DNA of 19,405 bases, taken from the NCBI GenBank assembly GCA_044345055.1, contig JBIJBT010000054.1, positions 1 through 19,405 on the forward strand. Reading direction: 5' to 3'. The translations under genes were made by a program, and so were the position numbers. Origin of the DNA: Bdellovibrionota bacterium. Its GTDB lineage: Bacteria > Bdellovibrionota_C > UBA2361 > OMIW01. Below the pieces are notes generated by a model. The model did no database searches and had not been told where the DNA came from. It worked only from the letters and a program-made list of their open reading frames with translations. Position 1 is the first letter of the stretch. Each line of letters opens with the position of its first letter. Positions 1 to 8,967 of this stretch are shown here, in pieces.

Positions 1-97
1 CTTCGGCAATAGTTGATGCTGCGACCTGCTGCGGATAGTGACCCGCAAGCACAGTGCAACAATGGATGCCGTACTCGCCCCACAAGGTCACATGCAT
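1..97 (-). CDS. Rrf2-family transcriptional regulator, N-terminal 32 codons (runs off the left edge)
   Basis: Manual translation from the ATG at 97 gives MHVTLWGEYGIHCCTVLAGHYPQQVAASTIAE, matching the first helices of Rrf2 winged-HTH proteins (MxxTxxxEYxxxxxxxLA...VxxxxIAE). A GGGAG Shine-Dalgarno lies about 9 nt upstream. The gene is divergent from suf. It is absent from the ORF track because no stop codon falls in the window. Confidence 0.8.
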   Translation of the reverse strand, partial: MHVTLWGEYGIHCCTVLAGHYPQQVAASTIAE

Positions 98-157
98 CGC
101 TAAATACTCCCAATAGATTGGTGGTAAGCCCATTAACCCACGGAATCAGGGGCGCCA

Positions 158-182
158 ATTCTTGAATAATTTAGTCAACTAT
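158..182. promoter_or_regulatory. IscR/Rrf2-type operator (imperfect 25-bp palindrome)
   Basis: The minus strand reads ATAGTTGACTAAATTATTCAAGAAT, which matches the E. coli IscR type-1 consensus ATASYYGACTRWWWYAGTCRRSTAT at 23 of 25 positions by hand count. It lies between the Rrf2 gene and sufB. Confidence 0.7.
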
Positions 183-395
183 AGTACAAGCTTCAATTGT
201 TTGTCACCGAATGAGAGAGCGGAACTCCAAAGAGAGGATAAATCTCAGAGAGACGATTAACCTCAAAAAGCAACAGCTGAAACAGGTGGGTGACAAACGC
301 GAGCTTAAAAATTCTGCTCGATTTAATTAGCCCTACAAATTTAAGAGCGCGCACTATTTTAAGTGTGTGACCTTCATCGTTTGCGGAACGTTATC

Positions 396-1841
396 ATGAC
401 CTCTGAGCCCGATGCCATTACTCGCGCCGCTGAGCGTGACTATCAGTACGGATTTGTCACTGCGATTGAGCAGGAAACAACCCCGCCCGGTATCAACGAA
501 GATGTAGTCAGATTTATCTCCGCCAAAAAGGAAGAGCCTCCCTATATGCTCGAATGGCGGCTGCGAGCGTATCGACGATGGCTTGAAATGGCTGAGCCAA
601 ATTGGGCATTTGTAAAATATCCACCGATCGATTATCAAAATATCATCTATTACGCTGCGCCGAAGAATGCGGCGAGGTACAAGAGCCTTGATGATGTACC
701 GCCTGAGATTCTAGCCACCTATGAAAAGCTCGGCATACCACTCCATGAGCGAGAACGGCTTGCAGGAGTAGCGGTTGATGCGGTTTTCGATAGCGTATCA
801 ATAGCAACCACCTTTCAGGATACCTTGGAAAAAGCTGGTGTGCTTTTTTGTTCATTTTCCGAAGCAGTTCATCGCTATCCCGATTTAATAAAAAAATATC
901 TTGGAAGCGTAGTTCCGTACAACGATAACTATTTTGCAGCCCTTAACTCGGCCGTCTTTAGCGATGGTTCTTTCGTTTATATTCCGCCAGGTGTTCGCTG
1001 CCCACTAGAGTTATCAACCTACTTCCGCATAAATCAACAGCTATCCGGGCAATTTGAACGAACCCTAATCATCGCCGACAAAGGAAGCTACGTAAGCTAT
1101 CTTGAGGGGTGCACTGCTCCGCAGCGCGATGAAAACCAGCTTCATGCAGCTGTCGTTGAGCTGATAGCGCACGAAGATGCAACGATTAAATACTCTACCG
1201 TCCAAAACTGGTATCCCGGCGACGAAAATGGCAAGGGCGGTATCTACAATTTTGTGACGAAGCGAGGTATCTGTCAGGGAGATCGGTCTAAGATATCTTG
1301 GACACAGGTCGAAACCGGTTCGTCGATTACATGGAAATATCCATCATGCATTCTAAAAGGTGACAACTCGGTCGGCGAGTTCTACTCAGTTGCACTCGCA
1401 AGCAAGTGCCAACAGGCGGATACCGGCACGAAGATGATTCATATCGGGAAAAACACCAAAAGTACGATCGTGTCGAAAGGAATATCGGCGGGAAGAGGTC
1501 AAAACTCTTACCGAGGTTTGGTCCGAATGCAAAAAGGGGCGGAAGGGGCTCGAAACTTCTCTCAGTGCGATTCGCTTCTTATTGGTGATAAGTGTGGAGC
1601 GCACACATTTCCTTACATCGAATCAAAAAATCCCTCAGCGGTAATAGAGCACGAAGCTACTACCTCGAAGATAGGTGAAGACCAACTTTTCTATTGCAAA
1701 CAACGTGGAATCCCGACAGAGGATGCTGTGTCGATGATAGTTCACGGCTTTTGCAGAGAGATTCTTCAGGAGCTGCCTATGGAATTCGCTATTGAGGCTC
1801 GACAGCTTCTTGCGGTAAGTCTCGAGGGCAGTGTTGGTTAA
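396..1841 (+). CDS. sufB: Fe-S cluster assembly scaffold protein SufB
   Basis: Typical SufB motifs: [75 protein letters not shown]. Start placed at ATG 396 rather than GTG 363. Confidence 0.97.
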   Translation: MTSEPDAITRAAERDYQYGFVTAIEQETTPPGINEDVVRFISAKKEEPPYMLEWRLRAYRRWLEMAEPNWAFVKYPPIDYQNIIYYAAPKNAARYKSLDDVPPEILATYEKLGIPLHERERLAGVAVDAVFDSVSIATTFQDTLEKAGVLFCSFSEAVHRYPDLIKKYLGSVVPYNDNYFAALNSAVFSDGSFVYIPPGVRCPLELSTYFRINQQLSGQFERTLIIADKGSYVSYLEGCTAPQRDENQLHAAVVELIAHEDATIKYSTVQNWYPGDENGKGGIYNFVTKRGICQGDRSKISWTQVETGSSITWKYPSCILKGDNSVGEFYSVALASKCQQADTGTKMIHIGKNTKSTIVSKGISAGRGQNSYRGLVRMQKGAEGARNFSQCDSLLIGDKCGAHTFPYIESKNPSAVIEHEATTSKIGEDQLFYCKQRGIPTEDAVSMIVHGFCREILQELPMEFAIEARQLLAVSLEGSVG

Positions 1842-1991
1842 TATATGCGGTGTCAGTCTGAAGAAAAATATCCGGAAAGAAGATGTTTTGTTACTGATAA
1901 TAGGGATCAGTAGCGAGGAAGAAAAAATAATAAAAAATGCTGAGGCGCTGTAAACATGAGGTGCCTGACCTTCAAGGGAGAAGAGAGCGGT

Positions 1992-2771
1992 ATGGAAAGC
2001 TTGTTAGAAATTCAAGATCTTCACGCCACCGTTGGGGATAAAGAGATCCTCAAAGGGGTATCCTTAACGATAAAGCCGGGTGAAGTCCACGCAATTATGG
2101 GACTCAACGGTTCCGGAAAAAGCACCCTCGCGAATGTCATCGCGGGAAATAACGGATATGAAGTCACCAGCGGATCGATATCACTATTGGGAAAGGATCT
2201 GAGCGAGCTTGAACCTGAAGAGCGGGCCGGTGAGGGTATTTTTCTTGCGTTTCAGTATCCAGTTGAACTTCCTGGTGTGCTAACCACCTATTTCTTGCGG
2301 ACGGCATTTAATGCACTGCGAAGTTATCGCAACGAGGAACCGATGGGTGTTCGGGAGTTCAATGCACTCCTTGCAGAGCGCGCTGAACTGATACATATCG
2401 ATCGCGAACTTTTGAAGCGGTGTGTAAATGAGGGATTTTCGGGTGGAGAAAAGAAGAGGCTTGAGATTCTGCAGCTAGCCCTCCTTAATCCGCAGCTCTC
2501 CATTCTCGATGAGACCGATTCAGGTCTCGATATCGACGCACTAAGAGCAGTCGCTGAGGGTGTGAACGCGGTGAAGCGAGAAGACCCAAGAAAGTCATTC
2601 CTCGTCATTACCCACTATCAGCGACTGCTTGATTACATCGTGCCAGATGTCGTTCATCTGATGATAGATGGTCGCATCGTGCGGTCGGGCGATAAAAGTC
2701 TTGCGCTCGAAGTTGAGTCTCGGGGCTACGAGTGGCTTCGATCTGAGACATCCTCTGGTACGCCCAAGTAG
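1992..2771 (+). CDS. sufC: Fe-S cluster assembly ABC ATPase SufC
   Basis: Walker A GLNGSGKST, FLAFQYPVE, signature FSGGEKKR, Walker B ILDETDSGLD and H-loop ITHYQRLL. Start placed at ATG 1992, after a purine-rich RBS. Confidence 0.96.
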   Translation: MESLLEIQDLHATVGDKEILKGVSLTIKPGEVHAIMGLNGSGKSTLANVIAGNNGYEVTSGSISLLGKDLSELEPEERAGEGIFLAFQYPVELPGVLTTYFLRTAFNALRSYRNEEPMGVREFNALLAERAELIHIDRELLKRCVNEGFSGGEKKRLEILQLALLNPQLSILDETDSGLDIDALRAVAEGVNAVKREDPRKSFLVITHYQRLLDYIVPDVVHLMIDGRIVRSGDKSLALEVESRGYEWLRSETSSGTPK

Positions 2772-2880
2772 AAATACCAGAGAATTAAGATTGCCGAATG
2801 ATACCAGGGTGGCTGCGCACTAACATCGGTATCACCTCCGGCGGTCCCACGATCTTTTCGAGGAGCGGAGCTATTTTCTC

Positions 2881-4239
2881 ATGACGACTGAATCTTCCCC
2901 TTTTTCGCGATTATTGGATAACGAGCCGTACTCACCGGTAGTACCTTCGAACACTATTGCTTCAACCTCGACTCTCGGGGAACGATTCGCGCAGCTTAAA
3001 CAGCAGGCTCGGGTACGGCTTGCATCCCCATCCTTTGATCGTGAAGATTGGGGATACACAAATCCAGAGAAGCTCTCGGCTGCGCTTTGTGATGCGGTAA
3101 GTGGGGCAGTTGACACTCCGTCACACCCTACTTTTCGCGATAAAGAGGAACTTCGTACTTATTTAGAATCACGAGGAATACCCCTCTTACCCTCTGCAAT
3201 CATCAGCAATAACGGCGCATCCTTTAATGGCGTGGGTTCAATTTCAGAGGGAATTTTAGCTCACGAAATTAACCCGCTTGTCACCAGTCTTCCTGAAGAT
3301 GAAGATTGGAGAGCTATTGGATCACTCTCCTGCGAGAGCGAAAATCCCTTTGTACAGCTAAATGAGGCTGCCCTTAACAGCGCTGTCGGCATAAAAGCCC
3401 GTAAGAACATCTCCTGCACCGAGGTAATCCAGATAATTCATCTCGTTGAAAGCTCCCGAGCGGCTCCCCCGCGTACGGTGATTATTGCCGAAGAGGGTTC
3501 ATCTCTATCGGTTATGGAGACTATAGTTTGCTTGGGCGAGGACGGCCCGCGAGCCCCTGCAGTAACAGAGATAATCCTTGCTCCTGGTTCACACTGTTCC
3601 TATACCCGACTCCTTGATGGACCACCTAGGCTTCAGGCGGTCTCGTCCCTCTTTATTAGCGCGGATCGAGATTCCTCTTGTCATAGCTTCTTGATGAATA
3701 CTGAGGGCGCGATACTTCGAAACGAAATAGTCCCCTCGTTGATAGGTAGCGGAGCATCGGTGAAGGTCTCAGGTCTTACCCTAAGCACCGATACACAGCA
3801 CAGCGATACAGTTGTATCAATGGATCATGCCGCTCCGCACGGAGAGAGCCGACAGCTGTTTAAGGGAATTTACGCTGGACGCTCAACGGGAGCCTTCTCG
3901 GGAACTATAATTGTCCGCGAGGGCGCTCAAAAGACAAATGCATTTCAATCAAGCAAGAGCATTTTGGTGAGTCCAGATGCTGCGGTTAACACAAAGCCGC
4001 GGTTGAAAATCTGGGCTGATGATGTGAAATGTTCCCACGGAGCGACCGTTGGACAGCTCGATGAAGCCGCGCTCTTTTATCTTCGCTCACGTGGAGTTCC
4101 TCTTAATACAGCCAAAATTCTTCTCCTTCATGCGTTCATTGGTGAGGTGCTTAGTGAGATAGATTCAATGGAGGTTCGTGAGGTAATCGCTCAGATAGTC
4201 GAGCGACGAATGAAGGTGGTATTGGAGGCTGCGAAATAG
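2881..4239 (+). CDS. sufD: Fe-S cluster assembly protein SufD
   Basis: C-terminal KPRLKIWADDVKCSHGATVGQLDEAALFYLRSRG, plus SRQLFKGI and GAQKTNAFQ. Follows sufC, with GAGGAG/GGAG RBS candidates upstream. Confidence 0.94.
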   Translation: MTTESSPFSRLLDNEPYSPVVPSNTIASTSTLGERFAQLKQQARVRLASPSFDREDWGYTNPEKLSAALCDAVSGAVDTPSHPTFRDKEELRTYLESRGIPLLPSAIISNNGASFNGVGSISEGILAHEINPLVTSLPEDEDWRAIGSLSCESENPFVQLNEAALNSAVGIKARKNISCTEVIQIIHLVESSRAAPPRTVIIAEEGSSLSVMETIVCLGEDGPRAPAVTEIILAPGSHCSYTRLLDGPPRLQAVSSLFISADRDSSCHSFLMNTEGAILRNEIVPSLIGSGASVKVSGLTLSTDTQHSDTVVSMDHAAPHGESRQLFKGIYAGRSTGAFSGTIIVREGAQKTNAFQSSKSILVSPDAAVNTKPRLKIWADDVKCSHGATVGQLDEAALFYLRSRGVPLNTAKILLLHAFIGEVLSEIDSMEVREVIAQIVERRMKVVLEAAK

Positions 4240-4285
4240 GCGGCGATCGTATCTAGTGGATTAGTGCAAAACGAAAATTGGTTAT

Positions 4286-4320
4286 AACGAACCGGCGATA
4301 TTTGAGGCGGCCAGTTCGTT
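4286..4320. terminator. hairpin between the convergent sufD and glycosyltransferase genes, probable terminator
   Basis: AACGAACCGGC...GCCAGTTCGTT forms an 11-bp stem. Its single C/A mismatch is a G-U pair on the minus strand. T-rich sequence follows on both strands. Confidence 0.5.
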
Positions 4321-6363
4321 TTAACCCCGAAAATCAAGCGATTTAGCGTGAACTCGAGATAAAGAGGTTCTCGATTCTTCGGTAACAGTAACCTCGATAG
4401 TTTTTACTGCGTGACAACCCTCAAACGAAAGTGACAGGGTCATGTCTGTTCCGGAATTTAATTCTTTACCGCTTTGCTCCCCGCAAAGTTTCCCTGCATC
4501 ATCTTTCAGGGAAATTTCCCACGATGCAGTCATCGGCCAAAAGATACCAGAGAGTCGGTTAATCGATTGTGGTGTATCGAAAATTACCTGAAGCTGTAGC
4601 GGATTTACCCCTGCCGGAGTTCGTACCACTGTCATCGGATCTCGATCAAAAAGATCGGCAACCGTACCGAAATCAAATTGTGAGTGGCGTACCGCTGCAG
4701 CACCCCAGGGTGCTATCGTAATCCGATCATCAATCGGTTTTTGTCGCTCAGCGAGCTCCGCTGCAAAAATGGCAGGAGCATCATTGGAATACGCGAAGTG
4801 TGCCGCAATAAATCCGGGAGATCCATCGGGGTACGGAAGAGTTGTTATCGGTTCAGACACGGTAAGCTTCGGATTTGAGCGAATCTCTCTCCACTCATCA
4901 GCGGTAACTATTGCGATCGTTTGGTCACTAAGCTCCACTAGATGATCTGTATAATCACCAACAGTCATAATCCGAAATCTCCGCAGCACCCCATCATCCT
5001 TAATAAAAAAAGGAGGGAAACTGTCGGAGCCATTTGCCCAGGAGCTAGTCAGTAGAATTTGGTGATTGGGATAATTCCGCGCTAACTGGGGAACAAGTTC
5101 ATGATGAAGCTCCTTAGCACCCCACGCGATTCCATATAGTCCGTAATCACGAAACCAGGTAGGCGCACCTATGAGTGCCTCGCGCAGAAGAAAGAGCTGA
5201 TACCCATTCAGAATTACAGCAACTAAAACAGTTACTGGAAGGCCAACTTTTAAGCGGCGCTGAACCAGATTTACGATATTATCAAGTGATACCGTAACAA
5301 GAAGGGATACGGGAACGATAAGTGCAAACACCCGCATGATCATTATCGGCACTAAAAGAGATGTGGCCGATGCGGTAAAGCATAAAATAATGATCAATCG
5401 ATACGAATAGTCACGAATTCGATATGCCGAGATAACGAATCCATGAATAAGGAATGGAGCAATCCACCAACTAAAATAACCCCGCCCTCTCCAAAGATGT
5501 CGCGTGGCATCATACCGTCTTCCTCCCTCTGGGGAAAACCAATACTCGGGGGAAAAACTACTCCAATAGTTTTTTAACGCGAGTATAAATTTATCGCTTA
5601 GCGTTACGTCACCCTGATACCACAACGATTGAATGAGGGTGAGCTGTTCCTTCATCGCGCCGGGGCTTTGTCCGGAAAAAAGGAGAAAAGGAATCATCAA
5701 GAAAGCAAAAACAAAACCACTAACAAAAACCCACCGCCACTGAGAAATAATTCGTTTGGGATTACAGAGAACGATTACTACCGATGTAGCAACTAGAGCT
5801 ATAGACCCTGAGAAGTGTGAGTAAAAAAGAAGCGCGGCACTAAGAGGTAATCCGACAAGAGCGTCGCGATGATGGGAAAACCAGCGCGCAACAAAGAGAA
5901 GAAAGAGAGAGAGAAACGGAATAATTAGCGCGGTTTCAAATGCGGTGCGTGAATGGAGTATCCAAACCGGCAACAACCCGATTACGGGAATCACTACCCA
6001 GCTCTGTTTTAGCCGCAGGTGATCACGAGAGATAAAAAAGAGTGAAAAAATCCCAGTAAGTGAAATGAACGCTGTCGCCCACCGGAGGGAGGTAATCGTT
6101 ATTCCGCCGATTAGAACAAACGGGAGATAGAGATAGAGAGATATCTGAGGAACCCATCGGCCAGGGGCTTTTTCATAGTAAAGTGGAAGAAGCCGCCCTG
6201 AAGAGTCGTGAAAATTATTCTTCAGTAATGCTTCAATCTGATTCCCGATATACGCTTCATCACAGAAGAAATATATCGGGAAATCCTCCACCGCGACTAG
6301 TCGGACAATCAGATATACGATCGTCGATACAACGGCTAACGTAGAGAGCGATCGGAGGCGCAT
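4321..6363 (-). CDS. GT-C fold integral-membrane glycosyltransferase (PMT/ArnT-like, GT39/83-related) with a C-terminal soluble beta-rich domain
   Basis: 680 aa. An N-terminal TM helix is followed by a loop with the DE acidic pair (DFPIYFFCDEA), then HSRTAFE and many hydrophobic helices. The C-terminal ~130 aa are hydrophilic and beta-rich (LFDRDPMTVVRT...LQVIFDTPQSI). Starts 22 nt after the tpiA stop. Confidence 0.75.
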   Translation of the reverse strand: MRLRSLSTLAVVSTIVYLIVRLVAVEDFPIYFFCDEAYIGNQIEALLKNNFHDSSGRLLPLYYEKAPGRWVPQISLYLYLPFVLIGGITITSLRWATAFISLTGIFSLFFISRDHLRLKQSWVVIPVIGLLPVWILHSRTAFETALIIPFLSLFLLFVARWFSHHRDALVGLPLSAALLFYSHFSGSIALVATSVVIVLCNPKRIISQWRWVFVSGFVFAFLMIPFLLFSGQSPGAMKEQLTLIQSLWYQGDVTLSDKFILALKNYWSSFSPEYWFSPEGGRRYDATRHLWRGRGYFSWWIAPFLIHGFVISAYRIRDYSYRLIIILCFTASATSLLVPIMIMRVFALIVPVSLLVTVSLDNIVNLVQRRLKVGLPVTVLVAVILNGYQLFLLREALIGAPTWFRDYGLYGIAWGAKELHHELVPQLARNYPNHQILLTSSWANGSDSFPPFFIKDDGVLRRFRIMTVGDYTDHLVELSDQTIAIVTADEWREIRSNPKLTVSEPITTLPYPDGSPGFIAAHFAYSNDAPAIFAAELAERQKPIDDRITIAPWGAAAVRHSQFDFGTVADLFDRDPMTVVRTPAGVNPLQLQVIFDTPQSINRLSGIFWPMTASWEISLKDDAGKLCGEQSGKELNSGTDMTLSLSFEGCHAVKTIEVTVTEESRTSLSRVHAKSLDFRG

Positions 6364-6385
6364 AGCATTTCTGAATCCATAGCCG

Positions 6386-7162
6386 TTACATTCCTGCGAC
6401 CCCAGCCCTAATCAGATCAAAGAAAGATTCAGCGACCAGGCTCGCCCCTCCAACGAGTCCTCCGTGGACCGAGGGACGCGCAAGAATCGAATCAGCATTC
6501 TCTGGTTTGAGGCTTCCGCCGTAGAGAACAGGGCAGTAGGCGTGGGTTAGATCGTACACGAGGCTGCTTATCGTCGTATGAGCCTCAGCGATTTGATCCA
6601 ACGAAGCAACCTCTCCCGTACCGATAGCCCATACCGGTTCATACGCGATAAGAAGCGACTTTACTTCGTGAGGAGAGCAACCCTGAATAGCCGCTGTGAG
6701 CTGGTTACGGAGCACCTCAAGAGTTCGCCCTGAACGACGTTCCTCGCGCGTTTCTCCTACACACAAAATGGCGACAAGTCCGTGACGAATTGCGGACTGA
6801 ACTTTTCGACGGATTAAATCATCGCCCTCTTTTACTAGTGTTCGGCGTTCAGAGTGACCCACAATCACAAAGGTTGCACCGATCTCTTTGAGCTGCAAGG
6901 GAGATACTTCGCCGGTAAAGGCGCCGTGAGTCTCGGGCCACAGATTTTGTCCTCCAACCTGGAACCGACTGCCCGAGAGGGCTCGAACAGTATCAGGAAT
7001 AGCGAGAAACGATGGAGCTACCCAGGTGTGAAGGTCGTCGGGCAACGGCATCATCGCCGCTTCCCTAATAAGATCCCGAGCCAGCTCTAATGATTGCCGA
7101 TTCGAGAGACTCATTTTCCAGTTAGCAACCAAGTAACAAGGAAATGTTTGGGTATCTACCAT
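6386..7162 (-). CDS. tpiA: triosephosphate isomerase
   Basis: ANWKM, GAFTGEVS, GHSERR, AYEPVWAIGTG, LYGGS and GGLVGGASL are all present. The probable start is ATG 7162 (258 aa); the ORF-track extension to 7333 overlaps gap and a long hairpin. Confidence 0.96.
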   Translation of the reverse strand: MVDTQTFPCYLVANWKMSLSNRQSLELARDLIREAAMMPLPDDLHTWVAPSFLAIPDTVRALSGSRFQVGGQNLWPETHGAFTGEVSPLQLKEIGATFVIVGHSERRTLVKEGDDLIRRKVQSAIRHGLVAILCVGETREERRSGRTLEVLRNQLTAAIQGCSPHEVKSLLIAYEPVWAIGTGEVASLDQIAEAHTTISSLVYDLTHAYCPVLYGGSLKPENADSILARPSVHGGLVGGASLVAESFFDLIRAGVAGM

Positions 7163-7194
7163 AGCGGTGTCCGAAGTGAAAAACGGTAAGAGGT

Positions 7195-7255
7195 AAAAAA
7201 AATCCCCTTCGCGGTCGAATAAATCGCGTAAATAGCGATCCATTCGACCACGAAG
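7195..7255 (-). terminator. 21-bp hairpin plus U8 tract between gap and tpiA (partial terminator or stabilizer)
   Basis: Minus strand CTTCGTGGTCGAATGGATCGC-TATTTAC-GCGATTTATTCGACCGCGAAG gives 21 contiguous pairs, three of them G-U, followed by GGGA-TTTTTTTT. Confidence 0.65.
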
Positions 7256-7289
7256 CAGAGCGCCACAGCGCAGCAGAGAACCACAACGC
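7254..7289. repeat. imperfect 18-bp tandem duplication
   Basis: AGCAGAGCGCCACAGCGC and AGCAGAGAACCACAACGC are 15/18 identical, just downstream of the gap stop codon. Confidence 0.5.
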
Positions 7290-7304
7290 ACGGGCGCAGC
7301 CGAT

Positions 7305-8312
7305 TTAAGCGGCCATGATCCTCGATACATCAAGCATACGAGCCGAGAAGCCCATCTCGTTGTCGTACCACGAGACCACCTTTACCATACGACCACCAAT
7401 CACCATTGTGCAATCCGCATCGACGATTGAGGAGCGCTGATCGCCAGTAAAGTCGATTGAGACGAGGGGCTCTTCGCAAAAGCCAAGAATGCCTTTGAGC
7501 GACCCTTCTGATGCATTCTTGAGGGCAAGATTGACATCAGCAACCGTAACATCCCGCTCGACCTGAGCGACAAAATCAACCACCGACACATCAGGAGTCG
7601 GCACTCTCATCGCGAATCCATCAACTTTACCCTTAAGTGCAGGCAATACGAGTCCCACTGCCTTTGCGGCACCGGTAGTTGTAGGAATCATCGACATCGC
7701 CGCAGCGCGAGCCCGACGCAGGTCTTTGTGAGGAAGGTCGAGAATACGCTGATCGTTTGTGTACGAGTGAATCGTGGTCATCGTTCCGCACACGATCCCA
7801 AAGTTCTCAAGGAGAACCTTGGCAACAGGAGCAAGACAGTTGGTTGTGCACGAAGCACAGCTTACAACCTGGTGTTCAGAGCCGACATACGCCCCTTCGT
7901 TTACCCCATACGCAAGGGTAAGATCGGGGTCAGGAGATGGAGCTGATATAAGAACCTTGCGAGCTCCAGCCTGAAGGTGAAGAGCTGCCTTATCACGCTT
8001 GGTAAATACACCTGTACACTCGAGAGCGACATCAACGCCGAGCGTCTTCCATGGAAGCGCCGCAGGATCTTTTTCTGCAAATACCTTAATCCGGTGTCCA
8101 CCAACAACGATTGCGCCATCCTCCGCTACAACCTCGCCCGCGAACCGTCCATGTACTGAATCATATTTGAGAAGATGCGCGAGAGTCTCTGCATCGGTGA
8201 GATCGTTGATAGCGACGACTGAAAAGGAATCCTGAAGATTGCGGCTAAAAATCTGCCGCAACACATTCCGCCCAATCCGCCCGAATCCATTGATTGCTAA
8301 TTTAATTGCCAT
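7305..8312 (-). CDS. gap: type I glyceraldehyde-3-phosphate dehydrogenase
   Basis: [40 protein letters not shown] and SWYDNE. Start at ATG 8312 with a strong AGGAGGT RBS. Confidence 0.98.
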   Translation of the reverse strand: MAIKLAINGFGRIGRNVLRQIFSRNLQDSFSVVAINDLTDAETLAHLLKYDSVHGRFAGEVVAEDGAIVVGGHRIKVFAEKDPAALPWKTLGVDVALECTGVFTKRDKAALHLQAGARKVLISAPSPDPDLTLAYGVNEGAYVGSEHQVVSCASCTTNCLAPVAKVLLENFGIVCGTMTTIHSYTNDQRILDLPHKDLRRARAAAMSMIPTTTGAAKAVGLVLPALKGKVDGFAMRVPTPDVSVVDFVAQVERDVTVADVNLALKNASEGSLKGILGFCEEPLVSIDFTGDQRSSIVDADCTMVIGGRMVKVVSWYDNEMGFSARMLDVSRIMAA

Positions 8313-8967
8313 GATAGCACTACCTCCTGGGGTACAAAGTTGCCACACGCAGGACACACCGAACTATTCTAAGAGCATCAAACAAAGCTCTTTCCAGATA
8401 GCTAAACCTTTAAAATAGTTTCCCTGTTGAGAGTTTTTCTGTGCCTGCGAGGCGGAGTATAGCCTGAGTTCTTCCGAAAGAGTAAGGGGTTAGTCGCTCA
8501 TGGAGCATCGATTCGCAAAACTAAGCCCTTTCGACCTCAACATCGGCAGTAAAGATCCACGATTACTCCCAAGCACCCTGTTCACTCGAGCCCTCCCGGA
8601 CCCTCCCCCTGCTACGCCGTTATGCCTGATTAGAATTTTTTTTTTTGAGTTTTTAGGGCAACAGAACGAGGGAGAGGAGGATAACAGAAGAGAATGCTTG
8701 TTTGATAGGGAGGGGAGAGTGTCACAAAGGCCGATGGGGTGTTGTTGTGAAAATGAACGGGAAGGTAGGACGAGTACAACTCTTCCACCTGCGAGTCCTC
8801 CAAGAAGGGTGGGGTGTTTAGAGATACCTGTTGTCACTGACACTGGGATGTGTGAAGGGCCTTCTGAGAGAAAAGGCCAAACGATGTGTACGGAGCCGGT
8901 TGGATCTCCGGGGATTCTAACAGGCTGTCAAGCACGGGCTAGCGTTATCCTTAGTAGCGGTACAGGC

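Noticed and set aside
205..250. Glycine-riboswitch-like words (CACCGAA, AATCTCAG) in the suf leader
   Set aside because: The upstream GGAGA element and the CCGAAG/CUCAGG core are not properly present, and the gene context does not fit.
363..395. ORF-track N-terminal extension of sufB (likewise sufC 1956, gap 8357, sucD 12503)
   Set aside because: Downstream ATGs give family-typical N-termini and, for sufC, gap and sucD, better RBSs.
7163..7333. 57-aa N-terminal extension of TpiA
   Set aside because: It overlaps the gap 3' end and runs through a repeat and a long hairpin; family similarity begins at ANWKM.
8720..8760. Rex- or CRP-like half-sites (TCACAA, TTGTGAA) upstream of gap; similar near 13805-13830
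   Set aside because: Half-site spacing and orientation do not form the palindromic consensus.
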